A DNA stretch of 64,000 nucleotides from Acidobacteriota bacterium (GTDB lineage Bacteria > Acidobacteriota > UBA890 > WLXD01). Made by a program: the position numbers and the translations under genes. The notes under the pieces are model-generated. The model was not told the DNA's origin and ran no database searches. It was given only the letters and a program-made list of their open reading frames with translations. Every line of letters begins with the position of its first letter. Position 1 is the stretch's first letter. The stretch lies in NCBI GenBank assembly GCA_965248695.1, contig CBDFKD010000002.1, positions 832,001 to 896,000 on the forward strand. Reading direction: 5' to 3'. Positions 9,497 to 20,203 of this stretch are shown here, piece by piece.

Positions 9497-10864
9497 ATGC
9501 TCAACCGCCTGGCGTTGCTAACGGCGCTTTGCTGCCTCACTGTTCCCGCTCACGCCCAAACGATCGCGGACGAAGCCCTGGCCTGGCTACAGAACTTCAT
9601 ACGCGTCGATACGATCAACCCACCCGGCAACGAGACTCGCGCGGTCGAGTTCATTGCTGACATCCTTGAAGCCGAAGGGATTGCCTATCAAACGGCAGAA
9701 AGCGCACCGGGTCGCGGCAACCTGTGGGCACGCCTGGAGGGTGGTGACGAGCGTGCACTGATCATGCTGCAGCACACGGATGTCGTTCCGGCCGATCCTG
9801 CGTACTGGACGACCGATCCTCTATCCGGCGAGATCAACGACGGCTATCTCTGGGGACGCGGTGCACTCGACATGAAGGGCACCGGCATCTCGCAGCTGGC
9901 AACCTTCATAAGCCTGCATCGGGCGGGAGTTCCGCTGAATCGCGATGTCGTTCTGGTCGCCACTGCTGATGAAGAAGCCGGTGGTTTCTTCGGTGCTGGC
10001 TGGCTCACCGAGAACCACCCCGAAATATTCGAAGGCGCCGGTTTGCTGATCAACGAGGGCGGCTACGGAGAGCAGAATGACAAAGCACTCGTATTCAACG
10101 TCGAGGTAACTCAAAAGGTCCCTGTCTGGTTGCGCCTGACTGCTGTCGACACGCCGGGACACGGCTCAATGCCGAACGCGACCTCCTCGGTCACGCGTAT
10201 TGTCGATGCGCTCAGCATCGTCAAAGACAATCCGTCACCGCCCCGTATCGTCCCGGCTGTCGACGCGATGTTCCAGTCACTCTCGGGAGCCGCCGCCCCC
10301 GAATGGGCCGCTGCCTATGCCGATATGTCCGCTGCCGTCACGGATCCTGAGTTCATGACGCGGTTCCAGGAACACTCCGCCGTCTTGCATGCGCTGACGC
10401 GCGACACCTGCTCAATCACGCGATTCGACGCGTCCAACAAGATCAATGTCGTGCCTCCAGAGGCTTGGGCCGAAATTGATTGCCGCATACTTCCAGACAG
10501 ACCAGCCGATGTGTTCGTGAACGAAATGCGTCAGCTCACAAAAGACACTGGCGTGGAAATCTCGGTCATCATGGCATTCACGCCGGCCGTGTCCTCTACC
10601 GAGTCCAGGCTCTACAGCGCCATCGAAACCGTGACCAGCGAGCGCTATCCGGGATCGAGAGTAATGCCCTATGTTAGCACAGGCTTCACCGACAGCCATT
10701 TCACTAGGGACCTAGGCATTGTCAGCTACGGCTTCGACCCCACCATCGTGCCGGAATCGGAGTTCTCCAGAATTCATGGCAATGATGAACGCATCAGCGT
10801 GGGGGCGTTCAAGCGCGGTGTGATGGACCACCTGGCGATCATCCAGACCGTCGTTTACGACTGA
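9497..10864 (+). CDS. M20/M25/M40 family metallopeptidase, secreted
   Basis: HTDVVP, GRGALDMKG, ADEEAG, GFTDS and IHGNDE motifs; RBS AGGAG. Confidence 0.92.
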   Translation: MLNRLALLTALCCLTVPAHAQTIADEALAWLQNFIRVDTINPPGNETRAVEFIADILEAEGIAYQTAESAPGRGNLWARLEGGDERALIMLQHTDVVPADPAYWTTDPLSGEINDGYLWGRGALDMKGTGISQLATFISLHRAGVPLNRDVVLVATADEEAGGFFGAGWLTENHPEIFEGAGLLINEGGYGEQNDKALVFNVEVTQKVPVWLRLTAVDTPGHGSMPNATSSVTRIVDALSIVKDNPSPPRIVPAVDAMFQSLSGAAAPEWAAAYADMSAAVTDPEFMTRFQEHSAVLHALTRDTCSITRFDASNKINVVPPEAWAEIDCRILPDRPADVFVNEMRQLTKDTGVEISVIMAFTPAVSSTESRLYSAIETVTSERYPGSRVMPYVSTGFTDSHFTRDLGIVSYGFDPTIVPESEFSRIHGNDERISVGAFKRGVMDHLAIIQTVVYD

Positions 10865-10979
10865 ACGACGCCGTCGCCGCCTACTCCTCGACAGGCCCCT
10901 GGGCGTTGGGCATGGTGGCGCGGTACGAGCTGTGAACTTCGGTCATCGAGAGCCTCGGTGCTTGGGACGCCTGCAGAGC

Positions 10980-11011
10980 AATTATTCTTGCTATTAATAG
11001 CAAGAATAATT
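10980..11011. promoter_or_regulatory. Perfect 32-bp AT-rich palindrome, probable operator
   Basis: AATTATTCTTGCTATT|AATAGCAAGAATAATT, about 54 bp upstream of the wHTH gene. Confidence 0.8.
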
Positions 11012-11064
11012 ACTATTAATCATAACTTTCTGTTCCATTCAACCCCGTTGAGAGCGCCTCTGTC

Positions 11065-11451
11065 ATGAGCCCTTCCCTCGACGACCGGCCGGCGTCGGGA
11101 TCGTCCGACCTCCCCTGGAGACCGTCAGCATCTCGGTTGCTGGGGAGTGCACGGCGCACGCAGATTCTCCTCCTGGTCGCTTTGCTCGAGGAGACCTACG
11201 CCTCGGAGCTTGCGCGGCTCCTCGAGGTGACTCCCTTTCAAGTCCGCAGGATTGTCGATGACCTGGAGTCGGAAGGCGTCCTGGCGGCACGAACCAGGGG
11301 CCGCATGCGCTTCGTCCGTCTGGACCCCCGGTTCTTCGCTGCCAAGGAGTTCAAGGCGCTCCTGAAGAAGCTGGCCCAGGCGAATCCCGAGCTACTCGAG
11401 ACCGCCGAGAAGCGGCGCTCCCGACCGCGACGACGAGGCAAGCCGATCTGA
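11065..11451 (+). CDS. Winged-HTH (ArsR-like) protein
   Basis: TYASELARLL...VRRIVDDLESEGVL...GRMR wing; basic C-terminal tail RPRRRGKP. Confidence 0.8.
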   Translation: MSPSLDDRPASGSSDLPWRPSASRLLGSARRTQILLLVALLEETYASELARLLEVTPFQVRRIVDDLESEGVLAARTRGRMRFVRLDPRFFAAKEFKALLKKLAQANPELLETAEKRRSRPRRRGKPI

Positions 11452-11987
11452 CGATAACGGCCGCATCGACGCTGACCGACGTTGCCTTCGAGGTGTGCAC
11501 CGCCCTCGAGAGCGTCGGCGTTACGGCGGTGCTCACCGGCGGCAGCGCGGCGACCTTCTATGCGCCGGAGGCGTATCAGTCTCGCGATCTGGACTTCGTG
11601 ATCGTGCTCGTCTCCATGCCGGGCAAGCATGAAGCGGCGCTCCGGAAGCTCGGGTATCACCGCAAAGGCAACTACTACCGGCATGACGAGAGCCAGTTCG
11701 TGCTCGACTTCGTGCCGCCTCCTCTGGCCGTCGGCGGCGACACCGTTCGTGGCTACGCCACAGAGCACCGGGCCGACCAGACCCTCCACGTCCTGACGCC
11801 GACCGACTGCTGCAGAGATCGACTTTCCGGCTTCTACCACTGGGCGGATCTGGGCAGCCTTGCCCAGGCCGTCGCGGTCGCGCGAGCCCGAGCCGACGAA
11901 GTCGACCTCGCTCGAATCGAGCGTTGGTCGACCGACGAAGGGATGGCAGACAAGTTCGACGACTTTGCGACCCGGCTCGACGTGTGA
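11448..11987 (+). CDS. Pol-beta-like nucleotidyltransferase (AbiEii/MenT-like)
   Basis: VLTGGSAA...SRDLDFV motif; the frame stays open back to CTG 11448, which overlaps the upstream TGA. Confidence 0.7.
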   Translation: MTITAASTLTDVAFEVCTALESVGVTAVLTGGSAATFYAPEAYQSRDLDFVIVLVSMPGKHEAALRKLGYHRKGNYYRHDESQFVLDFVPPPLAVGGDTVRGYATEHRADQTLHVLTPTDCCRDRLSGFYHWADLGSLAQAVAVARARADEVDLARIERWSTDEGMADKFDDFATRLDV

Positions 11988-12221
11988 CCGGTCGCGGCGG
12001 AAGCTCGCAAGAAGCTCTACAAGCTGGTCGACGAGGTACAGGAATCGCACGAGCCGGTGCAAATCACCGGCAAGCGCGGCAACGCGGTTCTGATCGCCGA
12101 AGATGACTGGCGTGCGATCGAGGAGACCCTGTATCTCGTATCGATCCCCGGCATGCGCGAGTCAATCCGCGAGGGCCCGGAGACACCTGTCGACGAGCTA
12201 GAGGAACAGCTCGACTGGTGA
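11988..12221 (+). pseudogene. yefM: Phd/YefM antitoxin lacking its start codon
   Basis: EARKKLYKLVDEVQESHEPVQITGKRGNAVLIAEDDWRAIEETLYLVSIPGMRESI; begins in frame directly after the NTase TGA. Confidence 0.85.
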
Positions 12222-12483
12222 GCTGGCGGCTCGTCTACACCAAGGCGGCAAAGAAGGACGCCAGGAAGCTCGCAGCGGCCGGCCTCAAGCCCCGCGCCGC
12301 GGCGCTGCTCGAGATCCTCGCGCGGGACCCGTACCAGTCGCCGCCCCGCTTCGAGAAGCTCGTCGGCGACTTGGAGGGAGCCTACTCACGCAGAATCAAC
12401 ATCCAGCAACGACTTGTCTACCAGGTCGTCAAACGACGAGAAGGCGGTCAAGGTGCTCCGGATGTGGATTGCACTACGAGTAG
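12218..12483 (+). pseudogene. yoeB: Txe/YoeB toxin with two frameshifts
   Basis: FEKLVGDLEGAYSRRINIQ.RLVYQV; the tail DEKAVKVLRMW / HYE* lies in other frames (extra bases near 12432 and 12471). Confidence 0.85.
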
Positions 12484-12519
12484 CCCTGGACACCACCGGC
12501 AACACACGTGCGACGGGTA

Positions 12520-15500
12520 TTAGGCACTTTCGCCGGGAAGGTCGGTCTTCGGGGCTCCATAGCGCGAATACAGGGCGGGAACGAGCAGGACGTTCAGCAG
12601 CGTCGAGGTCACCAGGCCGCCGATGATCACGACTGCCATCGGGTGCTCGATCTCATGGCCCGGGCGGTTCCCTCCGGCGACGATCGGCACGAGCGCCAGC
12701 ATGGTCGTGAGCGCGGTCATGAGGATCGGTGCGAGCCGTTCTTCGGCCCCGCGGGTGATGAGCTCCGGGCCGAACGGGACTCCCTCCTCGAACTGCAGGT
12801 GCCGGTAGTGGCTGATCAACATGATGCCGTTGCGCCCGGCAATGCCGAGGACCGTCACGAAGCCGACCAGTGATCCGAGCGACAAGACCCCGCCGGTTAC
12901 CAACACAGCTGCGACGCTCCCGATGAGCGCAAACGGCAGGCTGGCGAAGATGAGCCCGGCGACACGGAACGAGCCGAAGTCGGCGTGCAGTATCAGGAGG
13001 ATGCCCAGAGCCGACAAGAGCGACAGCGCCAGCAATCGATTTCGTGCCGCGCGCTGCTCGACGTACTCGCCGAGGAACTCCGGGTGGTAGCCCTGGTCGA
13101 AGACCACGTTGCCGACGGCCGCCTCGACGTCGGTGGCCACGGCGCCGAGAGCGCGCCCGACGACGTTGCAGGTGATGTCGATCCGCCTCGACGAGCCCTC
13201 GCGCAGAATGGCGTTGGGGCTCGGCGCGATACGTACCTCGGCCAGGTCACCAAGGGGCACGTGCGCCCCGCCGGGGGTGTCGATCCGCAGCCGGCGCAGG
13301 TCCTCGACATCATTGCGAATCGACTCCGCGCCCCAGACGACCACGTCGAGGGTCATCTGCTGTTCGTAGATCTCGCCTACCTTGACGCCGGCTATCAACG
13401 TCGTCGCGGCTCTGCGCACCTCACCAGCGGTGAGCCCATACTGAGACAGCACCGCCTGGCGCGGACGCACGACCAGCTGCGGAACCTCCTCTTGCTGCTC
13501 GACGTGCAGATCCGCCACCCCGGCCACCGTCGCCATCGCCTGTTGAACACGATCGGCGTGGTCGCGAAGCCCGTCGAGATCCGGTCCGTAGACGCGCACC
13601 ACGATCGTGGCGCTGGCGCCCGTCAGCACCTCCTTGATGCGCTCCTTGAGATAGGTGAGCACATCGCGGAACAGGCCCGGGTAACCGTTCACCACTTCCT
13701 GGATCTGACCCAACGTGGCGTCATAGTCGACGTCGGGATCCATGCTGATCCACAGCTCGGTGAAGTTCGGGCCCACCACCTCGTCGGCAACCTCCGCGCG
13801 CCCAATGTGTGCGCCGAAGTTACGCACCCCCTCGATCGCGCGCAGCTCGCGGCTGGCACGCACGGTGATGCGGCGCATCGCCTCCAGCGACGTGCCCGGC
13901 TTTTCCACCCAGTGCATCAGGAAGTCGTACTCCTTGAAATCGGGCAGGAACTCCTCCCCCAGAAAAGGGACGACCGACAGGGCCGCGACAATGACGATCA
14001 CCATCGCCGGCACCACCAAGCGTCTGGCTGCCAGAATCCTCGGCAGGATGCGTCGATAGCGCCGTTTGAGCCATCCGACGACCGGCGCGTCGCCTGCCGT
14101 CCCGACGGCGCCCGGCAACAGCAACAGCGACAGCGCCGGCGTCACGGTCAGCGCCACCGCAAGCGACGCCAGAATCGCGAGCACGTAGGACAGCGCCAGC
14201 GGCCGGAAGAACGACCCGGACAGTCCGCCGAGGAAGAACACCGGGACAAACACCAGGACGACGATCATGCTGCCGTACACAACCGCGCTGCGCACCTCGA
14301 GCGAAGCATCGAGCACGACCCGGTGGGCCGGGCGCGGATTTGGAGCGCTGGCCTCCAAACGCAGACGTCGCACGATGTTCTCGACGTCGATGATGGCATC
14401 GTCAACGACCTCGCCGAGGGCGATGATCAACCCGGCCAGGATCATCGTGTTGATCGTTCCACCCCGGTAGTAGAGGACGGTGGCGGCGGCCAAGAGCGAC
14501 AGCGGGATGGCAACGACGCTGATCGCGGCAGTGCGCCACTCGTACAGGAACGCGAACAGCACCATCACGACGAGCACGATGCCGAGCGACAGCGCGCTCC
14601 GCAGGTTCTCGAGCGACATGCGGATGAAGGTCGCCGGGCGAAAGATGGTGGAATCGAGCTCGACGCCCGCCAGCCCGGGACGAAGCGCGTCGAGCGCCGC
14701 CTCGACGTCGCGCGTCACCTCGAACGTGTTTCCCCACGGTTGCTTTTCGACGATGAGCAACAGTCCCGGGCCGTCGTTGATGATCGCGTCGCCGATCATC
14801 GGTTGATGACCCTCGACGACATCGCTGACATCGCCTACCCGGATCACCGCTCCGTTTCGATAGGCAACGACAACATCCGCCAAGTCGGCTGGCGTCTGGA
14901 CCGGCTGGCGTTGCAGTACGGCGAGCCGTTGATTGGCCGTGTCGACGAAGCCGCCGGCGCCCACGAACAGCGCCCGCTGTCCGGCAGACACCACTTCGTC
15001 GAGCGTCACGCCGCCGGCGCGCAGCCGGTCAGGCTCTACGAGTGCTTGCAGCTGACGGTCCTGCTGCCCCCAGATGGCGACGTTGGCCACGCCGGGTACC
15101 GCCATCAGCCGCGGGCGGATCGTCCAGACGGCGAGCGTCGAGAGCTCCATCTGCGTGAGCGTCGACGACGACATGCCGATCTTGAGCATGCGGCTGGTCG
15201 CCGAAAGCGGTGGGAGCACCACCGGGGTGCTCGCGACGTCGGGAAGCAGTGTGGTGATCGCCGCCACTCGCTCCTGAACGATCTGCCGGGCGCGCCAAAG
15301 GTCGGTGCCTTCCTCGAAGATCAGCACCACCGACGACAGGCCGAGCACCGTCTTGGACCGTATCGTCGCCAGGAACGAGATCCCGTTCAGGACGTTCTCG
15401 ATCGGAATCGTGACGAGGTTCTCGACCTCGGGCGTCGACAGGCCCGGCGCCTCGATTTGGATCTCCACGAGCGTCGGCGCGAACTCGGGAAAGACATCGA

Positions 15501-15603
15501 ACGGCGCGTCCTCGGCGATGCGCGCTCCGATGACGATCAGTATCGCCGCCAGCGCGACGACCACGACCCGGTAGGTGAGCGCCTTATCGACGAGCCGGCG
15601 CAT
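12520..15603 (-). CDS. CusA/CzcA family RND efflux permease
   Basis: 1027 aa; [19 protein letters not shown] and ERLAPILMT motifs. Confidence 0.93.
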   Translation of the reverse strand: MRRLVDKALTYRVVVVALAAILIVIGARIAEDAPFDVFPEFAPTLVEIQIEAPGLSTPEVENLVTIPIENVLNGISFLATIRSKTVLGLSSVVLIFEEGTDLWRARQIVQERVAAITTLLPDVASTPVVLPPLSATSRMLKIGMSSSTLTQMELSTLAVWTIRPRLMAVPGVANVAIWGQQDRQLQALVEPDRLRAGGVTLDEVVSAGQRALFVGAGGFVDTANQRLAVLQRQPVQTPADLADVVVAYRNGAVIRVGDVSDVVEGHQPMIGDAIINDGPGLLLIVEKQPWGNTFEVTRDVEAALDALRPGLAGVELDSTIFRPATFIRMSLENLRSALSLGIVLVVMVLFAFLYEWRTAAISVVAIPLSLLAAATVLYYRGGTINTMILAGLIIALGEVVDDAIIDVENIVRRLRLEASAPNPRPAHRVVLDASLEVRSAVVYGSMIVVLVFVPVFFLGGLSGSFFRPLALSYVLAILASLAVALTVTPALSLLLLPGAVGTAGDAPVVGWLKRRYRRILPRILAARRLVVPAMVIVIVAALSVVPFLGEEFLPDFKEYDFLMHWVEKPGTSLEAMRRITVRASRELRAIEGVRNFGAHIGRAEVADEVVGPNFTELWISMDPDVDYDATLGQIQEVVNGYPGLFRDVLTYLKERIKEVLTGASATIVVRVYGPDLDGLRDHADRVQQAMATVAGVADLHVEQQEEVPQLVVRPRQAVLSQYGLTAGEVRRAATTLIAGVKVGEIYEQQMTLDVVVWGAESIRNDVEDLRRLRIDTPGGAHVPLGDLAEVRIAPSPNAILREGSSRRIDITCNVVGRALGAVATDVEAAVGNVVFDQGYHPEFLGEYVEQRAARNRLLALSLLSALGILLILHADFGSFRVAGLIFASLPFALIGSVAAVLVTGGVLSLGSLVGFVTVLGIAGRNGIMLISHYRHLQFEEGVPFGPELITRGAEERLAPILMTALTTMLALVPIVAGGNRPGHEIEHPMAVVIIGGLVTSTLLNVLLVPALYSRYGAPKTDLPGESA

Positions 15604-15623
15604 CGGTCAACGGTCAGCGCGCA

Positions 15624-16799
15624 CTAGTGCGCGACTCCGAACTCCGTTCCGTATAGCTCCGCTGCGCCGTCGACGACGACGACCGTTCCCGGCTCCGGCC
15701 CCCTCGACAGCACCGCAAGGTCGCCGGCGACACGCTCGACCTCGACTCGATGGCGCGCGAACACGCCGGTCCCGAGCTGCTCATACACCCAGGTACCGCC
15801 GTGCACGTCGTATAGCAGCGCCGTGCGGCTCACGGTCAACTCGGGTCCATCCGTCGACTCGCTACGCAGGGACAGCGTCACCTAGACTCGCTGACCGGGC
15901 ATCAGGGCTCGGTCCTGGTTGGCGATGACGTAGAACAGGTCGACCGTGCCGGCCTCCGAATCGGCGGCCGGTGGCGCCAGCACCGGATCTGCGGTCTGCG
16001 CACCGGAGCCGACAACTGCCGGGGCGGATCGGTCGACGGACTCGAGGTCGCCTACGTAGACCGGTACTCGAACCCACAACGGATCTTCGTCTTCGATTCT
16101 GAAGAGCGGGCTACCCTGACTTACCGTCTGACCAGCGCCGACGTGCAGCTCGCTGAGGCGGCCGCCGATGGGCGTGACGATCGCCAGCCCGGCGTCGACT
16201 CCATCACCCCGACGATTCAGCCGCTCGAGCTGCGAGCGCACACCGCGGAGCATCGCCTCGGCAACCTCGAGCTCCGCTTGCGCCTGTTCCACCTCACGTT
16301 GCGAACCGGCTCCGTCTCGCAAGAGTTGCCGCGCGCGATCGGCCTGGGACCGCGCGGCGGTGGCGCGCGCCAGCGCCTCGGCTTCGAGCCGGATCAGGTC
16401 CTGGTCCGGAGCTACGTTGGGCATCAGAAGAAGGACCTCGAATCCGGAGCGCAGACGCCGACCCGGCTGAGGGATCCCACCGGCGGGGGCTACCAGCGTC
16501 CCGGTGAGCGGCGCGGGGACGACGATCGATCGGCCGGGCGGCACCCTCAGGGCGCCGCCGTACAGACGGTTCGCCGGAACTCGCCGCGATTCGACCGCCT
16601 GCGTCGTGATTCCGAGCCGCTGAACGGCCTGTGGAGTCAAGGTCAGATGCGCTGCCCCGCCTGCCTCCGATGCCGGCTCGACGTGCGCCGGCTCTTCGGC
16701 GGGCACCGGTTGCTCGCTGCCCGTACGCGCACAGGCGCCCGCCCAGCAACCCGCAGTCAGCATGAGGGCCATCGCGGATCTCGACGCGCGCCCTGTCAT
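15624..16799 (-). pseudogene. RND membrane fusion protein with in-frame TAG at 15884-15882
   Basis: PGQRV*VTLSL; the C-terminal ALLYDVHGGTWVYE...GAAELYG continues in the same frame. Confidence 0.85.
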
Positions 16800-16822
16800 C
16801 GTGTGCGGTCGTGCCACGGGTA

Positions 16823-18088
16823 TCAGGTCTCCTGCTCGAGCAGATCGCGGCCCAGCGCGCTTTCCAGCACGGCGAGCCTCTTTCGGACCGCATCGAGAGC
16901 TCCGAACTCCGCCAGCCGCGCGGCAGCCAGCTCCGACTCCGCGGCGAGTACCAGGAGATAGGAGATCTGACCGGCGCGATGTGCCAGCTCGTTGCGACGC
17001 ACTCTCTCGTGCGATGCCGGCACGAGCTCGTCGCGCCAGGCGAGCCACTCTGCGACCGCAGCGAGGTACTCAGCGTGAGCTTCACGAAGCGTCGAATCGA
17101 TACGCGCACGGACGGCGAGGTAGTCGAGCGCCGCCCTCTCCATCTGCGCCTCGGCGCCGGCGACGGCTCCTTGGCCGCGATCGAAGATCGGGATTGCCAG
17201 ATCCAGGCCCGGACCCAGCTCGAATCCCTCATCGCCCCCGCCGTTGGCATCGAGCACCGCGGCTACCTTCCAGAACTCCGTCTGCTCGATCCCCAGCCGC
17301 CGTGCCGCAGCCTCGACGCCAATCTCGGCGACGCGGACATCCGGGCGAGCGGCCAGCGCATCTTCGACGAGTGCTTCGATCGGCGGCAGCTGCTCAGGCG
17401 GCGCCGATTGCGCAAGCTCCGCACTCGGCGGGCGATCGAGTCCGATGAGCGCGCGGAGCCGTTCACGAGCGGGCACGACCCGATGTCCGGCCTCGGCCGC
17501 GCCGCCGCGAACCTCCGCTGCGCGCTGCATGAGCTCCGCCCGGCGCGTGGCAGCAGCCAGCTCGGCGTGAGCGATCTTCACATCGCGGGCCAGGCTGAGG
17601 CCGGCCTCGATGAGGGCGTTGGCGACCGCTTCGAGCTGCCGCTGAGCGAGCTCGACGCGCTTGGGCCGTTGCCAGAGAGCCTCCACCGGCCACCGCAGCG
17701 TCGCCTCCAGCTGCTTCGGCCCCCAGGGAAACAGTAGCGAGAGCACTGGATTGGGCAGGATGCCCGCCGCCGCCAGGTCGGCGGTCGCCACTCCCAGGGT
17801 CGCCAGCTGCGCGCGGAAACGCGGGTTGTTCCACAGGGCGATCGCCACGGCGTCGGCGCGCGACAAGCCATCGTCGAGGCGGATCCCGTCGGGAACGCGC
17901 GGTGCTATTTCGGCCGAGCGTTCCGACGCTGGCCGAAGGTCGCTCCCCGATCGTTCACGGAGGCCGGCGGAAACGTCCTGGAGGCCCGTCCGAGGCTCCG
18001 CGCTGACGCACCCCGCGCCGAAAAGAGCCATCGCGGCCAACCCGGCCGTGCCACGAACAGGCAAGCGGCCCGCACTACAGCAGCCCAT
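16823..18088 (-). CDS. TolC family outer-membrane efflux lipoprotein
   Basis: Lipobox GAGC; ALWNNP, ARPDVR, IPIFDRGQG and AGQISYL motifs. Confidence 0.88.
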   Translation of the reverse strand: MGCCSAGRLPVRGTAGLAAMALFGAGCVSAEPRTGLQDVSAGLRERSGSDLRPASERSAEIAPRVPDGIRLDDGLSRADAVAIALWNNPRFRAQLATLGVATADLAAAGILPNPVLSLLFPWGPKQLEATLRWPVEALWQRPKRVELAQRQLEAVANALIEAGLSLARDVKIAHAELAAATRRAELMQRAAEVRGGAAEAGHRVVPARERLRALIGLDRPPSAELAQSAPPEQLPPIEALVEDALAARPDVRVAEIGVEAAARRLGIEQTEFWKVAAVLDANGGGDEGFELGPGLDLAIPIFDRGQGAVAGAEAQMERAALDYLAVRARIDSTLREAHAEYLAAVAEWLAWRDELVPASHERVRRNELAHRAGQISYLLVLAAESELAAARLAEFGALDAVRKRLAVLESALGRDLLEQET

Positions 18089-18148
18089 GTCCCCCCCTGG
18101 ACTCGAGGATTATGAGGCCGCCCCGGACCGACCGTCAACAGCCCACGA

Positions 18149-20095
18149 CTACTCGGGCCGTACGACCGCCGGCAACAGCACGTGTGACGGATACTCTGCC
18201 GAGTGATGCACCGTGTTGCGCGCCGGGACGCCCTCCACCTCATCGTAGTTGTTGCCGCCGGTGTTCAGGTTGCGGTCCCAGCGCGGGAAGTTGGAGCTGG
18301 AGACCTCCAGCCGGATGCGGTGCCCTTCGCCGAAGTAGTTGGCGGTGGCCTCGAGATCGAGGCGGATCTCGTAGACCTCGCCCGCTTCCATCCACACCGG
18401 GCGCCGCAGGTCTTCGCGGTAGCGCATGCGCAGCACGCCTTCCTGCAGGTTGAACGCCCGACCGTCCGGATAGACGTCGACCAGCTTGGCGGTGAAGTCG
18501 GTGTCCCTGGCATCGGAGGACACGTACAGGACGACTTGCAGGAACCCCGCGACCTCGATGCCCTCGTCCAGCGGCGGTGACGTGTACACCAGCACGTCGT
18601 TGCGCATCTCGATCGCCGACTGGTCGTAGCCGCCCGCGGCCGCCTCCAAGCCGGTACAGCACGCTTGTCCACCGCGCCCGAGCACGGGGGTGGTGGGGTC
18701 GTAGACGTAGGTGTCGGCGGCGCTTGGATCTGGGGCGTCTGAATCGGGGGCATCCCCGGTCGGCATCGACCGCGACAGCGTGCCGTCGCCGAAGCGACTG
18801 TTCGCCCGGCCGCCGCTGTCCAGGTACCACTCCTGGGTGACGGTTCCCTCGACCGGCCAGGACTCGGCGCCGCGCCACTCGTTGGCGCCCATGAGGTAGT
18901 ACTGCACCCGCGGCATGTCGGTGACGCCGTTGTCGACGCCCTTCAGCCAGCGCTCGAACCACCTCAGGTACAGGTCGACGAAGTCCTTGCGCGCATCGCC
19001 GAGGTCGCGCTCGCCGACCATCGTGTTCTCGGTTGCTGAGCCCCAGTTGCAGTGTGTGCTCGGCGCCACGATGACGAACTGGTTGTCGCGCGCCTCCCGG
19101 CTCGGCGCGTTGGCCCGCATCTGGTTGAACAGCTTCAACACGTTGCCCGGCCCGTAGTCGTACCAGGAGTCGATGTACAGCGCCGGCGTATCGAACGCAT
19201 CGTCGGGCCACACCAGGTCGGCCAGGCTGTCGAAGTAATCCGACTCCGGGGTGCTCGGCGCGTAGTCCTCGTAGTCGGTATGCGGCATGCCGGCGTTGCG
19301 AACCGCGTCGGCGACCGGCAGCGCCTCGTAGATCGCCATGATTTCCTCGCGGCTCATCCCGCCCCGCGGCGCCCTGTAGCCCGTGCTGAAGAAATCCGAC
19401 TGCTCCGACTGAAACCACTCCTGCCGGTCGATCCACTCGGGCGGGCCGTGAAACACCTTGCTGCCGGAGTCGAGGAACCAGCCCACCGTCTCCGCCAACT
19501 CCATCGCGCCGCCGTTGAACGAGGCGAACGGACGCCCGCCCCTGTTGTACGAGGCCGTGCTCGCCTGCGGGATCATCGCGGCGTGACTCGGATGCTGGGC
19601 GGCCCCGAGGACGAGCTGTACATCGCCCGAGTAGGAGCACCCGAACGTCCCGACCTTCCCGTTGGACCACCGCTGATCGACCAGCCAATCGACCGTGTCG
19701 TAGCCGTCGTTCCGATCCGCGTTCTTGGACTGATACCGGCCCTCCGACTCGTACCGCCCGCGCGTGTCCTGGATCGCGACCACGTAGCCCTGCTGCACGA
19801 ACAGCGGAACCGTGCCCTCGGTAGTGGAGAACCGGTGCTTGCCGTAGGGGGTCCGGATCATGACGATCGGCAGCTTGCCCGCCACGCCTTCCGGGAAATA
19901 GAGGTCAGTGGAGAGACGGACGCCGTCGCGCATAGGTACGAAGATGCTCTTTTCCTTACGGATCTCCGTCGTGCTTTGCGGCGCTCGGGGGCCGGGCTCG
20001 GTCGGATCCCTCGCCTCCGCCGACGCCATCAGCGGGATCAAGAGGATCACGCCGAAGACGCGCCACCTGACGGAATCGCTCCTGTTCTTGTTCAT
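18149..20095 (-). CDS. CocE/NonD family serine hydrolase
   Basis: MRDGVRLSTD, RTPY, GCSY nucleophile, DTDFTAKL and SSSNFPR motifs; RBS GGAGG. Confidence 0.93.
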   Translation of the reverse strand: MNKNRSDSVRWRVFGVILLIPLMASAEARDPTEPGPRAPQSTTEIRKEKSIFVPMRDGVRLSTDLYFPEGVAGKLPIVMIRTPYGKHRFSTTEGTVPLFVQQGYVVAIQDTRGRYESEGRYQSKNADRNDGYDTVDWLVDQRWSNGKVGTFGCSYSGDVQLVLGAAQHPSHAAMIPQASTASYNRGGRPFASFNGGAMELAETVGWFLDSGSKVFHGPPEWIDRQEWFQSEQSDFFSTGYRAPRGGMSREEIMAIYEALPVADAVRNAGMPHTDYEDYAPSTPESDYFDSLADLVWPDDAFDTPALYIDSWYDYGPGNVLKLFNQMRANAPSREARDNQFVIVAPSTHCNWGSATENTMVGERDLGDARKDFVDLYLRWFERWLKGVDNGVTDMPRVQYYLMGANEWRGAESWPVEGTVTQEWYLDSGGRANSRFGDGTLSRSMPTGDAPDSDAPDPSAADTYVYDPTTPVLGRGGQACCTGLEAAAGGYDQSAIEMRNDVLVYTSPPLDEGIEVAGFLQVVLYVSSDARDTDFTAKLVDVYPDGRAFNLQEGVLRMRYREDLRRPVWMEAGEVYEIRLDLEATANYFGEGHRIRLEVSSSNFPRWDRNLNTGGNNYDEVEGVPARNTVHHSAEYPSHVLLPAVVRPE

Positions 20096-20203
20096 CGTCC
20101 GGACCTCCGGTGGGTATCGACTACCGAATACAGTTGTACGTGCTTTGGTGTTGCTCATCCAGGGTGACTTCTCAAGCATCGCGTCGAGGTCTTGATCCTC
20201 GCC

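Noticed and set aside
10980-11011. The palindrome as a rho-independent terminator for the M20 gene
   Set aside because: It is AT-rich with no loop, GC stem or U-tract, and its position upstream of an HTH gene fits an operator better
12985-15627. 880-aa plus-strand ORF and other long antisense ORFs (6140-7426, 7698-9116, 45730-47073, 57330-58775)
   Set aside because: Shadow frames of real genes caused by high GC; they contain no recognisable motifs
15882-15884. In-frame TAG in the MFP as pyrrolysine or amber recoding
   Set aside because: It is a single case, no pyl genes are present, and TAG is a normal stop elsewhere in the window (phoD, sialidase, PQQ dehydrogenase)
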